Of a DNA stretch of 50,097 bases, positions 1 to 9,568 are shown in pieces. The stretch comes from Bacteroidales bacterium (GTDB taxonomy: Bacteria; Bacteroidota; Bacteroidia; Bacteroidales; B18-G4). Numbering within the stretch: position 1 is the first letter of the stretch; every line of letters begins with the position of its first letter. The notes beneath the pieces are model-generated. The model had not been told where the DNA came from. It saw only the letters and a program-made list of their open reading frames with translations, and did no database searches. Location of the stretch: assembly GCA_029942245.1 (NCBI GenBank), contig JAOZTN010000006.1, positions 1 to 50,097 of the forward strand, written 5' to 3'. The translations under genes and the position numbers were made by a program.

Positions 1-467
1 ACTGTATTGAAGCAGTACAGATGCTTAATGTACACGGAGTGGATGCAGTGATGCTTAGTGGTGGCTTTACCAGCCTGACACCCTTCTATCTGATGAGAGG
101 GGAGATCCCCATGAAAGAAATGGTGGAATCGGAAAAGAACTATCTTCAGAAGTTCACCCTCCGCTTTTTCGGAAGGACCATCATTAAAAAATACGAGTTC
201 AGGGAAAACTTCTTCTTCGACCAGGCTTTGCAGGTCAGGAAAACAACGAAGATGCCTATTGTCTACGTGGGAGGGATCATCTCCTCACAGGGTGTAAATG
301 AGGTGATGGATGCTGGCTTTGACATGATCGCCATGGGCAGGGCACTAATCGCCGAACCGGATTTTGTCAAAAAAATGCAAGAAAACCCTGATCACCAATC
401 CCCCTGCGATCAATGCAATAAATGTGTTGGTTACATCGATAAAAAAGGCATAGAGTGTGTATTATAA
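1..467 (+). CDS. NADH:flavin oxidoreductase / Old Yellow Enzyme family, 5'-truncated by the window edge
   Basis: Frame is open from base 3. C-terminal FMN-binding signature VGGI...DMIAMGRALIAEPDF, then CxxCNxC. Confidence 0.8.
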   Translation, partial: CIEAVQMLNVHGVDAVMLSGGFTSLTPFYLMRGEIPMKEMVESEKNYLQKFTLRFFGRTIIKKYEFRENFFFDQALQVRKTTKMPIVYVGGIISSQGVNEVMDAGFDMIAMGRALIAEPDFVKKMQENPDHQSPCDQCNKCVGYIDKKGIECVL

Positions 468-476
468 ACTGTAATT

Positions 477-1109
477 ATGACAACGATCAAACATATAATT
501 TTTGACCTGGGGCAGGTCATCATCAACGTAAATCCAGGGGCGGTTAAGGAGTATATGAATGCAAAAGGTGTCGGGAATGTCGACGAACTGCATCAGCAGC
601 TCCTGGAGAAGGACATATATCATCAATTGGAAACAGGAAAGATCACCCCCGATGAGTTCAGGGCGGAGATAAGGGATATTATCGATATCCCACTGGAGGA
701 TAAAAATATTGATGAAGCCTGGAATGCCATGCTCCTCGATATCCCCCGGGAAAGGGTCAAATTCATGACCCGGCTGAAGTCAAAGTATAAGCTCTACCTT
801 CTGAGCAATACCAATGCCATCCACTGGGTTTCCTACGACCAATATTTTCAGGATACCTACGATTATCCCAGTATCAACACCTTCTTCACACATACATGGT
901 ATTCCCATCTTATGGGGGTACGAAAGCCTGATCCGGAGATATTCAAAATGGTTTTACAGGAAGGGCAATTCGATCCTTCAGAAGTGGCTTTTGTCGATGA
1001 CCTCAAGGATAATGTCGATGCCGCTGCCTTGCATGGCATCACGCCGGTGCATCTCCCTTCCGGGAAGGAGATCATGGATCTTTTTGATGATAATTTGAAT
1101 CTTAAATAA
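477..1109 (+). CDS. HAD-superfamily phosphatase (YihX-like)
   Basis: Motif I IIFDLGQV, LSNTN, KPDPEIF and FVDD motif IV. Confidence 0.88.
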   Translation: MTTIKHIIFDLGQVIINVNPGAVKEYMNAKGVGNVDELHQQLLEKDIYHQLETGKITPDEFRAEIRDIIDIPLEDKNIDEAWNAMLLDIPRERVKFMTRLKSKYKLYLLSNTNAIHWVSYDQYFQDTYDYPSINTFFTHTWYSHLMGVRKPDPEIFKMVLQEGQFDPSEVAFVDDLKDNVDAAALHGITPVHLPSGKEIMDLFDDNLNLK

Positions 1110-1118
1110 GTATAGTTA

Positions 1119-1180
1119 CACCTCATCCCCTGGCTCCCTCTCCTTCAGGAGAGGGGGAAAAGGGCTAAGGGGGTGAGGTG
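1119..1180. repeat. GC-rich palindromic REP/MITE-like element, copy 1; overlaps the dusB stop codon
   Basis: Terminal inverted repeat CACCTCAtCCCC...GGGGGTGAGGTG with inner hairpin CCCTCTCCT-TC-AGGAGAGGG. A related copy lies at 7630-7723. Confidence 0.75.
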
Positions 1181-2154
1181 CTTTGATAATAATTACTGAT
1201 TTCCTCCAGTACCTCCAACACCCCTTCCACTTCCTCAGTCCCCATTAACTTCACTTTAAACGGCTTGAAGTACTTAAAGCCTTTGAAATAATTGCTGTAA
1301 TGCTTCCGCATCTCAAACATGCCTCGGCGGTCGCCCTTGTATTCGACTGAATGCAGCAGATGCTGCTTGCATACTTCAACCCTTTGGGTAACATCCGGCA
1401 TCGATGGCAGGCTTCCATCTTTAAAGTACTGCCTGATCTCACTGAAGATCCAGGGATAACCAACAGCCGCCCGCCCGATCATGAGGCCGTCAACACCATA
1501 CCTGTTTTTCATCTCCAGTGCCACTTCGGGCCCGGTGATGTCGCCATTCCCGATGATGGGAATGTTCATCCTGGCGTTATTCTTCACTTCTCCTATAAGG
1601 GTCCAGTCGGCTGTGCCCCGGTATAATTGTGCCCTCGTCCTGCCGTGGATGGTGAGGGCTGCGATGCCCGTATCCTGCAGCTGTTCTGCCACATCCACAA
1701 TAATCTTGCTTTGCTCGTCCCATCCCAGCCTGGTTTTCACTGTCACCGGCAGGGTGGTGGCATTCACAACTGCTCTGGTAATCTCTATCATCTTGGGAAC
1801 ATCTCGCAGCATGGCGGCGCCGGCTCCTTTGCCCGTCACCTTTCGCACAGGGCAACCAAAATTAATGTCGATGAGGTCGGGTTTGGCCTGTGCAGCAATC
1901 TCAGTGGCTCTGATCATGCTGTTGATATCATGTCCAAAGATCTGTATGCCCATAGGACGTTCCTCATCCACCAGCTCCAGCTTGATCACACTCTTTTGGG
2001 CGTCCCTGATCAGCCCTTCTGATGAAATAAACTCGGTATACATCAGGTCTGCCCCCTGCTGCTTGCATATCAAGCGGAACGGCAGGTCTGTGATATCCTC
2101 CAATGGAGCCAGCATCAACGGGTAATCTTTAAACTGTATGTTTCCTATTTTCAT
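1165..2154 (-). CDS. dusB: tRNA-dihydrouridine synthase DusB
   Basis: LAPLEDITD, DINFGCP, GAGAAML, TIHGRT, NGDI and MIGRAAVGYPW motifs. Confidence 0.93.
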   Translation of the reverse strand: MKIGNIQFKDYPLMLAPLEDITDLPFRLICKQQGADLMYTEFISSEGLIRDAQKSVIKLELVDEERPMGIQIFGHDINSMIRATEIAAQAKPDLIDINFGCPVRKVTGKGAGAAMLRDVPKMIEITRAVVNATTLPVTVKTRLGWDEQSKIIVDVAEQLQDTGIAALTIHGRTRAQLYRGTADWTLIGEVKNNARMNIPIIGNGDITGPEVALEMKNRYGVDGLMIGRAAVGYPWIFSEIRQYFKDGSLPSMPDVTQRVEVCKQHLLHSVEYKGDRRGMFEMRKHYSNYFKGFKYFKPFKVKLMGTEEVEGVLEVLEEISNYYQSTSPP

Positions 2155-2161
2155 ACACAGG

Positions 2162-2169
2162 CAAAATTA
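2162..2169 (-). promoter_or_regulatory. Bacteroidota housekeeping -7 promoter element for dusB
   Basis: Minus strand reads TAATTTTG (TAnnTTTG consensus), 7 nt upstream of the ATG. Confidence 0.55.
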
Positions 2170-2199
2170 CTACATTTACGCCTTATATAGAAGATTGCC

Positions 2200-3147
2200 A
2201 TGCTGAGGAGAAGCAATATACTTTCAAACTCATCCCCACCACTCAAGATCCTGGTCTTATTACTGATCATTTTTCTGAGCATCCTCTTTAGCATGATCTT
2301 CGGAATTGCATTGGGATTTGCCTTCTTCGGCACAGGCATGCTCGATTATATGAAGGAGGGCATGAACCTTACCGACCCTGCTTACCTGCCCATGCTGCAG
2401 TACCTGCAGATCATTAATACCATTGGCATCTTTATCATCCCATCGATATTGTTTGCAGCCCTGGCCGATAAATCCATCAGCCGATATCTCTCAATGAAAG
2501 TAAAGCCCGGATTTGTGAGTACAATCACCGGCATGGCGGTGATCATAGCCATTTTGCCTTTTATTCACTGGGTTGTCGACATCAACGAAATGATGGCCTT
2601 GCCCGAATGGCTATCAGGGCTTGAAAACTGGATGCGTCGCAGCGAAGATCAGGCGAAGGAGCTAACGGATATGTTCTTGCAAACTTCTTCCGTGGGCGGA
2701 CTTATACTGAACCTCTTCATGATCGCTGTGCTTCCTGCTATTGGCGAAGAGCTCCTTTTCCGCGGAGCCTTGCTTCGCTTATTCAGGGAATGGACGAAGA
2801 ACCCCCATTTCGCAGTGCTGATTTCTGCCTTCTTGTTCAGTGCCCTGCATCTTCAGTTTTATGGCTTTTTGCCCAGGTTTATTCTCGGGATTGTTTTAGG
2901 TTACCTTTTTATCTGGACCCGCTCCATCTGGGTTCCCGTACTGGTACACTTCGTGAACAATGGGATAGCAGTAGCAGGAGCATGGTATTTCTCCAGGCGG
3001 GGAATTGACAAGGATATCGAGTCTATCGGTGAGGTTGATCAAACAGGGATTATCATCTTCAGCCTGATCATGGTTGTGGTCATGATGCTCATGATCCGCT
3101 TGTATGAGCGCAAAAAAAAGGGAAGCACCATCGATGCTTCCCCCTGA
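2200..3147 (+). CDS. CPBP (CAAX/Abi) family intramembrane glutamic endopeptidase
   Basis: EELLFRG, FSALH and HFVNN motifs; many hydrophobic helices. Confidence 0.9.
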   Translation: MLRRSNILSNSSPPLKILVLLLIIFLSILFSMIFGIALGFAFFGTGMLDYMKEGMNLTDPAYLPMLQYLQIINTIGIFIIPSILFAALADKSISRYLSMKVKPGFVSTITGMAVIIAILPFIHWVVDINEMMALPEWLSGLENWMRRSEDQAKELTDMFLQTSSVGGLILNLFMIAVLPAIGEELLFRGALLRLFREWTKNPHFAVLISAFLFSALHLQFYGFLPRFILGIVLGYLFIWTRSIWVPVLVHFVNNGIAVAGAWYFSRRGIDKDIESIGEVDQTGIIIFSLIMVVVMMLMIRLYERKKKGSTIDASP

Positions 3148-3163
3148 ATATTCGTATGAAACT

Positions 3164-3631
3164 TTAATTGCTAAAATTCGCAACTTTCCTTGAGGAATAG
3201 TTGATCTTAAATGCACCAACCTTTCTTAGTTCCTGCTTGATATCGGTGATCACACCCATGCGGGTCTTTTTATCCGCTTTGATAGAGGTGGTCAGGAATT
3301 TACGCTCCGACTCATCTCTTTGCTCCCTTTCGGTAGCGATGAATTCAGGGATATCACTCGGGTTGGCAAAGGCGTCGTTCAGCTGTATCCTGGATTCAGT
3401 ACCAAACTGTGTTTTTACCGGGACCCCTACATAAATATAGCTTACAAGGGATTTCCTTTCCAGTTTCTGTACTTCAGTAGCCTCAGGTGCCTGAACCTTT
3501 ACGATGAGAGTAACCTCACGCATAGTAGTGGTAACCATGAAGAAGAAAAGCAACATAAAGATAATATCCGGCAGAGCCGAGGTATTGATCTTTTGCGCGC
3601 CGTCTGGTTTTTTCTTTTTAAAGCGTGCCAT
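3164..3631 (-). CDS. exbD: ExbD/TolR family biopolymer transporter
   Basis: INTSALPDIIFMLLFFFMVTT transmembrane motif with conserved Asp; IKADK motif. Confidence 0.9.
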   Translation of the reverse strand: MARFKKKKPDGAQKINTSALPDIIFMLLFFFMVTTTMREVTLIVKVQAPEATEVQKLERKSLVSYIYVGVPVKTQFGTESRIQLNDAFANPSDIPEFIATEREQRDESERKFLTTSIKADKKTRMGVITDIKQELRKVGAFKINYSSRKVANFSN

Positions 3632-3632
3632 A

Positions 3633-4205
3633 TTAGTTTCCTCCTATATTTTCAGGTTCAGCTTCAGAGATGGCCATCGGGACAGCCTTTCGCACTGCTT
3701 TTCGATAGTCATCGTTAATCAGGTTAGTGAACTTTACACCGTAAAAACGTATGGAGACCTCATCTCGGAGCTCCCCAAAAGCAGCTGTTAGTTCATTCTG
3801 GACCTTGATATACATTTCGTAGGATGTACCCCTGTCGTTCTTCAATGATACCACCCCTTTCGACACTTCAATATCTCCCAGGTTCTCGATGAACCTTAAC
3901 TCCTTTTCAGGAAGGTCTTCACGATTACCGGGATTGGTCATGAACTCTTTCACGTCCATTCTGAGAGTACTGATATCGGTACGATCTCCTTCAACCATAA
4001 GTTGATCAGAACTACTTACCAGGACCTTAAAAATATTCCTGTCTCTGATATCCATCTCAGTGTCGTCTTCAACGGGTGGGGGCAGCTTCCTCGTAATACC
4101 TGTATCAATGTCCATGGTGGTAGTCACCAGGAAGAAGATCAGCAACAGGAACGCAATGTCCGCCATTGATCCGGCATTTACTTCAGGTGTTTCTCTGGAT
4201 GCCAT
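3633..4205 (-). CDS. exbD: ExbD/TolR family biopolymer transporter (start revised to ATG 4205)
   Basis: PEVNAGSMADIAFLLLIFFLVTT motif. The ORF-track extension to 4271 overlaps the upstream gene. Confidence 0.88.
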   Translation of the reverse strand: MASRETPEVNAGSMADIAFLLLIFFLVTTTMDIDTGITRKLPPPVEDDTEMDIRDRNIFKVLVSSSDQLMVEGDRTDISTLRMDVKEFMTNPGNREDLPEKELRFIENLGDIEVSKGVVSLKNDRGTSYEMYIKVQNELTAAFGELRDEVSIRFYGVKFTNLINDDYRKAVRKAVPMAISEAEPENIGGN

Positions 4206-4212
4206 AATGTGC

Positions 4213-4629
4213 TTATTTAAATAGTTTTGAAATACTGGCGTAGACGATCGATAATACCGCAAGAGTAGCAAGTATATACGTAAAGATCAGGCCTGTGCCG
4301 ACATATTTTGCTGTTCCTGCTGACACACCCAGCTTTTCAAGCTGAAGGTCGGACAAGCCGACTGTGGCCAGCGAATAGGCAATGATCGCAATCACAACCA
4401 TTACACCAATCCCAATAAAGATCTTGATCGAATTTTTTGGATTCATGATCATATGGGCAATGGGGAAAAGGATGGTGATCACTGCCGTGAGGATCACCAG
4501 GAAGTATCCCCAGTATATCAGCAGATCGTCAGACACCACGTTCAAAAAGAACAATAGCGCCAGCAATGCTGATATGGCCAGAAGTACCGCCAGGAAAATG
4601 CGTAATATTTTTGATGCTAGAACTGTCAT
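4213..4629 (-). CDS. Small four-TM membrane protein between exbB and exbD
   Basis: 138 aa, almost entirely hydrophobic helices, tightly packed in the operon. Confidence 0.75.
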   Translation of the reverse strand: MTVLASKILRIFLAVLLAISALLALLFFLNVVSDDLLIYWGYFLVILTAVITILFPIAHMIMNPKNSIKIFIGIGVMVVIAIIAYSLATVGLSDLQLEKLGVSAGTAKYVGTGLIFTYILATLAVLSIVYASISKLFK

Positions 4630-4644
4630 GACAATGAAGTTTTA

Positions 4645-5457
4645 TTATTTGTTCTTTGCAAGGATATCGATAAAGGAAATGGTGCTGTCTTCCATAGCAT
4701 TAACAAGACTGTCGACCTTAGATACGATGTAGTTGTAAAAGATCTGCAGGATGATCGCAACGATCAGCCCGAATACAGTTGTCAACAGCGCCATCTTAAT
4801 ACCGCTCGCAACAACAGCAGGAGAGATATCACCCATGGCTTCGATATTATCAAATGCGGAGATCATACCAATTACAGTACCCATAAACCCAAGCATAGGA
4901 GCAATGGCGATAAAGAGGGAGATCCATGAGAGGCCGCTTTCCAGCCTGCCCATAAGTACGCTACCATAAGAAACGATTGATTTCTCAACTTCAGCAATAC
5001 CGTCGTCGTAACGGGTTAGCCCCTGGTAAAAGATGCTGGCAACAGGTCCGCGTGTATTCTTACATACGTCCTTAGCTGCCTCAACACCGCCGGTTTCAAC
5101 GGCATTCTCTACCTTATTCAGGAGTTTCTTGGTGTTTGTGGTCGAGAGGTTCAGGTAAATGATCCTTTCAATACAAATGGCAAGCCCGAAGATCAGGGCA
5201 AGGAGCACAAAGCTCATAAACATAGCATCACCTTCGATGAATTTTTCTTTCAGTACCTGGTGGAATCCTTTTACCTCTACAGGTTCATCTTCGAAAGTCT
5301 GCATGGGTGTTACAACCGCTTGCTCGACAACAGCCATTGTGTCAACAGCGGTGGTGTCAGTCTGTGCTTCAGGAACTGTATCTTCCTGCGCAAATGTGGT
5401 TGAAACTGTTAGTACCAGCATTCCTGCGATGGTCAGAAAAGCAATTAAATTTTTCAT
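4645..5457 (-). CDS. exbB: MotA/TolQ/ExbB proton channel protein
   Basis: Signal peptide, APMLGFMGTVIGMI and GIKMALLTTVFGL motifs; ATG at 5457. Confidence 0.92.
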   Translation of the reverse strand: MKNLIAFLTIAGMLVLTVSTTFAQEDTVPEAQTDTTAVDTMAVVEQAVVTPMQTFEDEPVEVKGFHQVLKEKFIEGDAMFMSFVLLALIFGLAICIERIIYLNLSTTNTKKLLNKVENAVETGGVEAAKDVCKNTRGPVASIFYQGLTRYDDGIAEVEKSIVSYGSVLMGRLESGLSWISLFIAIAPMLGFMGTVIGMISAFDNIEAMGDISPAVVASGIKMALLTTVFGLIVAIILQIFYNYIVSKVDSLVNAMEDSTISFIDILAKNK

Positions 5458-5535
5458 AGCCAATAATTGTTAAATTCTACGTTTTAAAAAATTATAATTT
5501 TATCTAATTAATTTAGTGTTCATGCATACAATGAG

Positions 5536-5623
5536 CGGAGAGAATGGGATTCGAACCCATGATGCGCTTTCGACGCATACACGCTTTCCAGGCGTGCGCC
5601 TTCGACCACTCGGCCACCTCTCC
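5536..5623 (-). tRNA. tRNA-Ser (anticodon GGA)
   Basis: Minus strand GGAGAGGTGGCCGAGTGGTCGAAGGCG-CACGC-CTGGAAA-GCGTG, long variable arm, GGGTTCGAATCCC T-arm, ends TCTCTCCG. CCA is not encoded. Confidence 0.96.
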
Positions 5624-5802
5624 TGGATCATTCTAAGCCAAAGTCGAATCCAATAATCAGGCAGCTAAAGTAATAAAAAATTCACTGATTTTAAAAAATC
5701 CATTTATAAATTATTATTAAGACTCATGCTGTCGGTTTAGCTAAATATTACAAAAACCGTGCTGAACTTGCAATTATTCATAACTTCCGTTGGGTCAGGC
5801 TG

Positions 5803-6831
5803 TCATGCGCTCAATTCTCCTCTCAGGGATGTCTGCATAGCACGCTCAAGCTTGCTGCCCGTGTAGCCCTTGCCCAGGAGGAACATCAGTTTAGTGATTG
5901 CAGATTCGAGGGTCATGTCGAGGCCACTTACCACGCCAGCCTCCGAGAGGGGGACACTTGCCTGGTATTTTCCATGTTCCACGGCCCCTCCTTTGCATTG
6001 GGTTACGTTCAAAATAAACAAGCCCTGATCAATAGCTTCCTTTAGTATTGAAATAAAGGAATCATTAGTATGGGTATTCCCGGTACCGTAGGTTTCCAGC
6101 ACAACAGCTTTCAGGCCCTTAATGCCAAGGGTCCCCCGGACCACCTCGTCAGTGATCCCAGGAAAGAGTTTCAGCACCGCTACGGAAGTATCCAACTGCT
6201 TATGAACTTTCAGCTTCTTGAAGTTCGGGCGCCGGATGGCATTCTTATTATACTTAATGTAAACACCAACATCGGCCAGCACCGGATAATTTACCGAGCG
6301 GAAGGCATCAAAATTCTCGGCATTATACTTGAAAGTCCTGTTGGCACGATATAGCTCGTTCTCGAAATATATGCACACCTCCGGAACTAGCGGCGTGTCA
6401 TCCTCATGATGAGAAGCGATCTCCACAGAAGTGATGAAATTTTCTTTCCCATCGGTGCGATTCACGCCCAGCGGAAGCTGAGAACCCGTAAAGATGACTG
6501 GCTTGTTCAGGTTTTCCAGCATAAAGCTGAGTGCCGAGGCCGAATATGACATGGTATCGGTGCCATGCAGGATCACAAAGCCATCGAAAGCCTCGTAATG
6601 CTCTTCTATAATGTTCGCCAGGTGGATCCAGCGCTCAGGATCCATATTGGAGGAATCTACCGTTGGGTCGAAAGAGATATAATCGAGCTCATAATTACAA
6701 TTGTCCAGCTCAGGGATGAGTTGCGACATATGTTCAAAGTCCAGGGGCCGCAAAGTGCCGCTGTCCTTGTCCATCATCATGCCTATAGTTCCGCCTGTAT
6801 AGATCACCAGGATTTTGCTTTTATCTTCCAT
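5803..6831 (-). CDS. ansA: L-asparaginase type I
   Basis: YTGGTIGM, HGTDTM and FTGSQLP motifs; no signal peptide. Confidence 0.93.
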   Translation of the reverse strand: MEDKSKILVIYTGGTIGMMMDKDSGTLRPLDFEHMSQLIPELDNCNYELDYISFDPTVDSSNMDPERWIHLANIIEEHYEAFDGFVILHGTDTMSYSASALSFMLENLNKPVIFTGSQLPLGVNRTDGKENFITSVEIASHHEDDTPLVPEVCIYFENELYRANRTFKYNAENFDAFRSVNYPVLADVGVYIKYNKNAIRRPNFKKLKVHKQLDTSVAVLKLFPGITDEVVRGTLGIKGLKAVVLETYGTGNTHTNDSFISILKEAIDQGLFILNVTQCKGGAVEHGKYQASVPLSEAGVVSGLDMTLESAITKLMFLLGKGYTGSKLERAMQTSLRGELSA

Positions 6832-6833
6832 AA

Positions 6834-7607
6834 TTAAATGTTCAGGTTAAAAAGTTGGGAGGCATTTCGGGTGGTGGCCTCTGCCACTGCCGCTGAGGTG
6901 GTGTCCAGTACTTCTGCCAGTTTATCGGCCACATGGATCACGTATGCACTTTCATTTCTTTTTCCCCGGTGGGGAACCGGTGGCAGAAAAGGGGCATCGG
7001 TTTCCAGAATGAGATGGTCGGTTCCCAGGGCCTCCACGACTTTATCAAGGCCGGAATTCTTATAGGTAAGCACGCCGCCAATACCCAGCATGAATCCCAG
7101 GCCAATGGCGCGTTCGGCTTCCTCCAAAGTGCCTGTGAAACAATGGAAAACGCCTTCCAGGCCTTTGATATCGCGGTTCTCCAATACCCTGAATATTTCA
7201 GTAAAAGATTCACGCGCATGGATCACGAGAGGAAGACCGTGCTCCAGGGCAAGATCAATCTGTTTATTGAAAGCAACGAGCTGTTCACGGTAAAAGCTTT
7301 TGTCCCAGTAAAGGTCGATCCCACATTCACCCACAGCATAATAAGTACGCTCCTCCAGCAGCTTTTCTACCAGATCCAGTTCCTTTAAGAAATTCTCCTT
7401 GACCGAAGTCGGGTGCAGCCCCATCATGGGAAAGCAGTTCTCAGGGAAACGTTCACTCAGAGCATGCATTCCACCCATCGAAGAGGCATCGATATTTGGC
7501 AGGAACATATACTTTACCCCGCTGGCAATAGCCCGTTCAACCATGATGTCACGGTCATCATCAAAGGCATTTAAATACAGGTGTGTATGGGTGTCGATCA
7601 GTATCAC
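6834..7607 (-). CDS. tatD: TatD family hydrolase/DNase (start revised to GTG 7607)
   Basis: DTHTH, GLHP, GECGID, HAR, HCF and ETDAP motifs. A TATTTTTG -7 element lies just upstream on the minus strand. Confidence 0.92.
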   Translation of the reverse strand: MILIDTHTHLYLNAFDDDRDIMVERAIASGVKYMFLPNIDASSMGGMHALSERFPENCFPMMGLHPTSVKENFLKELDLVEKLLEERTYYAVGECGIDLYWDKSFYREQLVAFNKQIDLALEHGLPLVIHARESFTEIFRVLENRDIKGLEGVFHCFTGTLEEAERAIGLGFMLGIGGVLTYKNSGLDKVVEALGTDHLILETDAPFLPPVPHRGKRNESAYVIHVADKLAEVLDTTSAAVAEATTRNASQLFNLNI

Positions 7608-7629
7608 GGTGCAAAAATAGTAAATTATA

Positions 7630-7723
7630 CACCTCACCCCCTGGCCTCTCCTCGAGAGCCCGTCCCGAGCGGTAGGCGAGGGAAGAGGGGGAAAAGGGGG
7701 ACGGGGGGCCAGGGGGTGAGGTG
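7630..7723. repeat. GC-rich palindromic REP/MITE-like element, copy 2, with internal insertion
   Basis: Perfect 17-bp terminal IR CACCTCACCCCCTGGCC / GGCCAGGGGGTGAGGTG. Shares GAGGGGGAAAAGGG and the right flank CTTTGnTAATAATT with the 1119 copy. Confidence 0.8.
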
Positions 7724-7767
7724 CTTTGCTAATAATTCTTACTTTTGATTAGAAATACTAAAACACT

Positions 7768-8748
7768 TTGCAAAAAATCCTCATCATACGCTTTAGTTCT
7801 ATCGGTGATATCGTGCTCACCACACCGATAATCCGCTGTATCAAGCAGCAGTTTCCCGATGCGGAAATCCATTATCTTACCAAGGAGAAGTTTTATCCGG
7901 TCATCAAGGCCAATCCCTATATCAGTCGCATATATACCTTTGCCAACGACCTTGGGCCGCTGATTGCCACTTTAAAGGAAATTGATTTTGACTTTGTGGT
8001 TGATTTGCATAGAAATTTGCGTTCGTCACGGGTCAGGCTGGCATTGCGAAAACCATCTGCCACATTCAATAAGCTGAATTTCAAAAAATGGCTGATCGTA
8101 AACCTGAAGATGGACCGCCTGCCTGATATGCATATCGTTGATCGTTACTTCGAGGCCGTCAGGCCAATGGGGGTGGAGAATGATGGGCAGGGACTGGATT
8201 ACTTTATCCCGGTAGAAGACCTCTTATTGATGGAAGACCTGCCTCCCTCACATGCCGATGGCTTTGTTGCATTTGTAATTGGTGGAATGCACTATACAAA
8301 AATGCTTCCGGAAGAGAAGATTATTGAGCTTTGCCGCCTTATCAACAAGCCGGTCATTCTGATGGGCGGACCTGGGGAGCATGAAAAGGCTGAGCGTATT
8401 AAAGACTTATGTGAAGAGAAGATCTATAACGCATGCGGACTATATAATATTAACCAGTCAGCCTCGCTACTCAAAATGTCATCTATTGTATTAACGAATG
8501 ATACCGGGCTGATGCACATTGCTGCAGCTTTCCGCAAAGAGATCTTTTCATTCTGGGGAAATACGATTCCTGCTTTCGGGATGTATCCATACCTCCCCGA
8601 AGGGGAAGGGACGTCACATATAATAGAGGTAAAAGGGCTTTCCTGCCGCCCTTGCAGCAAGCTCGGCTATTCGAAATGTCCGAAGAAGCATTTCAGGTGC
8701 ATGATGGATATTGATACCGATCAGCTGTCTGCCAGGATCAAAGTATAG
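7768..8748 (+). CDS. Glycosyltransferase family 9 (LPS heptosyltransferase-like)
   Basis: ILIIRFSSIGDIVL, NDTGLMHIAAA and CRPCS...CM motifs; TTG start after a TACTTTTG element. Confidence 0.9.
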   Translation: MQKILIIRFSSIGDIVLTTPIIRCIKQQFPDAEIHYLTKEKFYPVIKANPYISRIYTFANDLGPLIATLKEIDFDFVVDLHRNLRSSRVRLALRKPSATFNKLNFKKWLIVNLKMDRLPDMHIVDRYFEAVRPMGVENDGQGLDYFIPVEDLLLMEDLPPSHADGFVAFVIGGMHYTKMLPEEKIIELCRLINKPVILMGGPGEHEKAERIKDLCEEKIYNACGLYNINQSASLLKMSSIVLTNDTGLMHIAAAFRKEIFSFWGNTIPAFGMYPYLPEGEGTSHIIEVKGLSCRPCSKLGYSKCPKKHFRCMMDIDTDQLSARIKV

Positions 8749-9394
8749 GATCATCGATCCCCAGGAAGGGATTGTTGGCCTTTTCAAATCCGGTACTCGT
8801 TTCAGGACCATGGCCGGAATAAACAATGGTTTCATCCGGCAGCACAAATAGCTTTTCAAAAATATTCTTTCTCAAAAGGTCGTAATCCCCTGTCGGGAAG
8901 TCGGTCCTGCCAATACTCATATGAAAAAGCACATCCCCGACAATTACAAAGCCATCCTCCCGGCTTAAGAAGCATACACTTCCATTGGCATGTCCCGGGG
9001 TATACAATACCTCCAGCTTACTATTCCCGAAGACAATGTCTTCTCCTTCCCGTATAAAAGCTTTGGGCACCGGGTTTTTATCGAGGCTAAATCCGTATGT
9101 TTCTGCCGTCTGTGTTGAGTGATCCAGGAAGACCATACCTGCTTCATGCAGTTCAGGCCCCAGCCCGGTGAGCTCTTCCACCATATTGCAACCCATCACA
9201 TGATCGATGTGGGTATGCGTGAGCAAGACCCTTACCGGCTTCAGTCCCTCTTCTTTAATATAATCCATCAATTGCAAGGACTCGACTCCATCAGAGCAAC
9301 CCGGGTCGATGATCACACATTCTTTACTCTCATCTGAAAGCACATAAGTGTTTACCTGGAAAGGGTTAAAACTGAACTTTTTGACTTGTATCAT
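8738..9394 (-). CDS. MBL-fold metallo-hydrolase (glyoxalase II/YcbL-like)
   Basis: THTHIDH, TPGH, GDVLF, GRTD and GHG motifs. Overlaps the GT9 3' end by 11 bp. Confidence 0.9.
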   Translation of the reverse strand: MIQVKKFSFNPFQVNTYVLSDESKECVIIDPGCSDGVESLQLMDYIKEEGLKPVRVLLTHTHIDHVMGCNMVEELTGLGPELHEAGMVFLDHSTQTAETYGFSLDKNPVPKAFIREGEDIVFGNSKLEVLYTPGHANGSVCFLSREDGFVIVGDVLFHMSIGRTDFPTGDYDLLRKNIFEKLFVLPDETIVYSGHGPETSTGFEKANNPFLGIDDPIL

Positions 9395-9568
9395 CACTTA
9401 TGGTTTATTTAATGCCGGGAGTCAATATTTTGGTGCTGCCGGCGTTTATTAAACAGCTATTTTCAACAGGCAAAGTTACCATAATTTGATTTCAGCCCCC
9501 TGAGAGGAGCTTGTCGGGGAAAATTCCCTAAATTAGCACCTCTAATTTGCCTGTAATAGCGCACCACT

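Noticed and set aside
1481-2125. Long antisense or alternate-frame ORFs (e.g. 1481-2125, 13674-14270, 23075-23608, 38271-38780, 44416-44946)
   Set aside because: They lie opposite well-supported genes and have no recognisable motifs; they are shadow ORFs.
3164-5457. exbB-hyp-exbD-exbD without tonB as a novel motor
   Set aside because: To my knowledge this arrangement is common in Bacteroidota, with TonB encoded elsewhere.
5464-5802. tRNA-Ser as an integration site for a genomic island
   Set aside because: No integrase and no duplicated tRNA 3' end seen in the window; both flanks are housekeeping genes.
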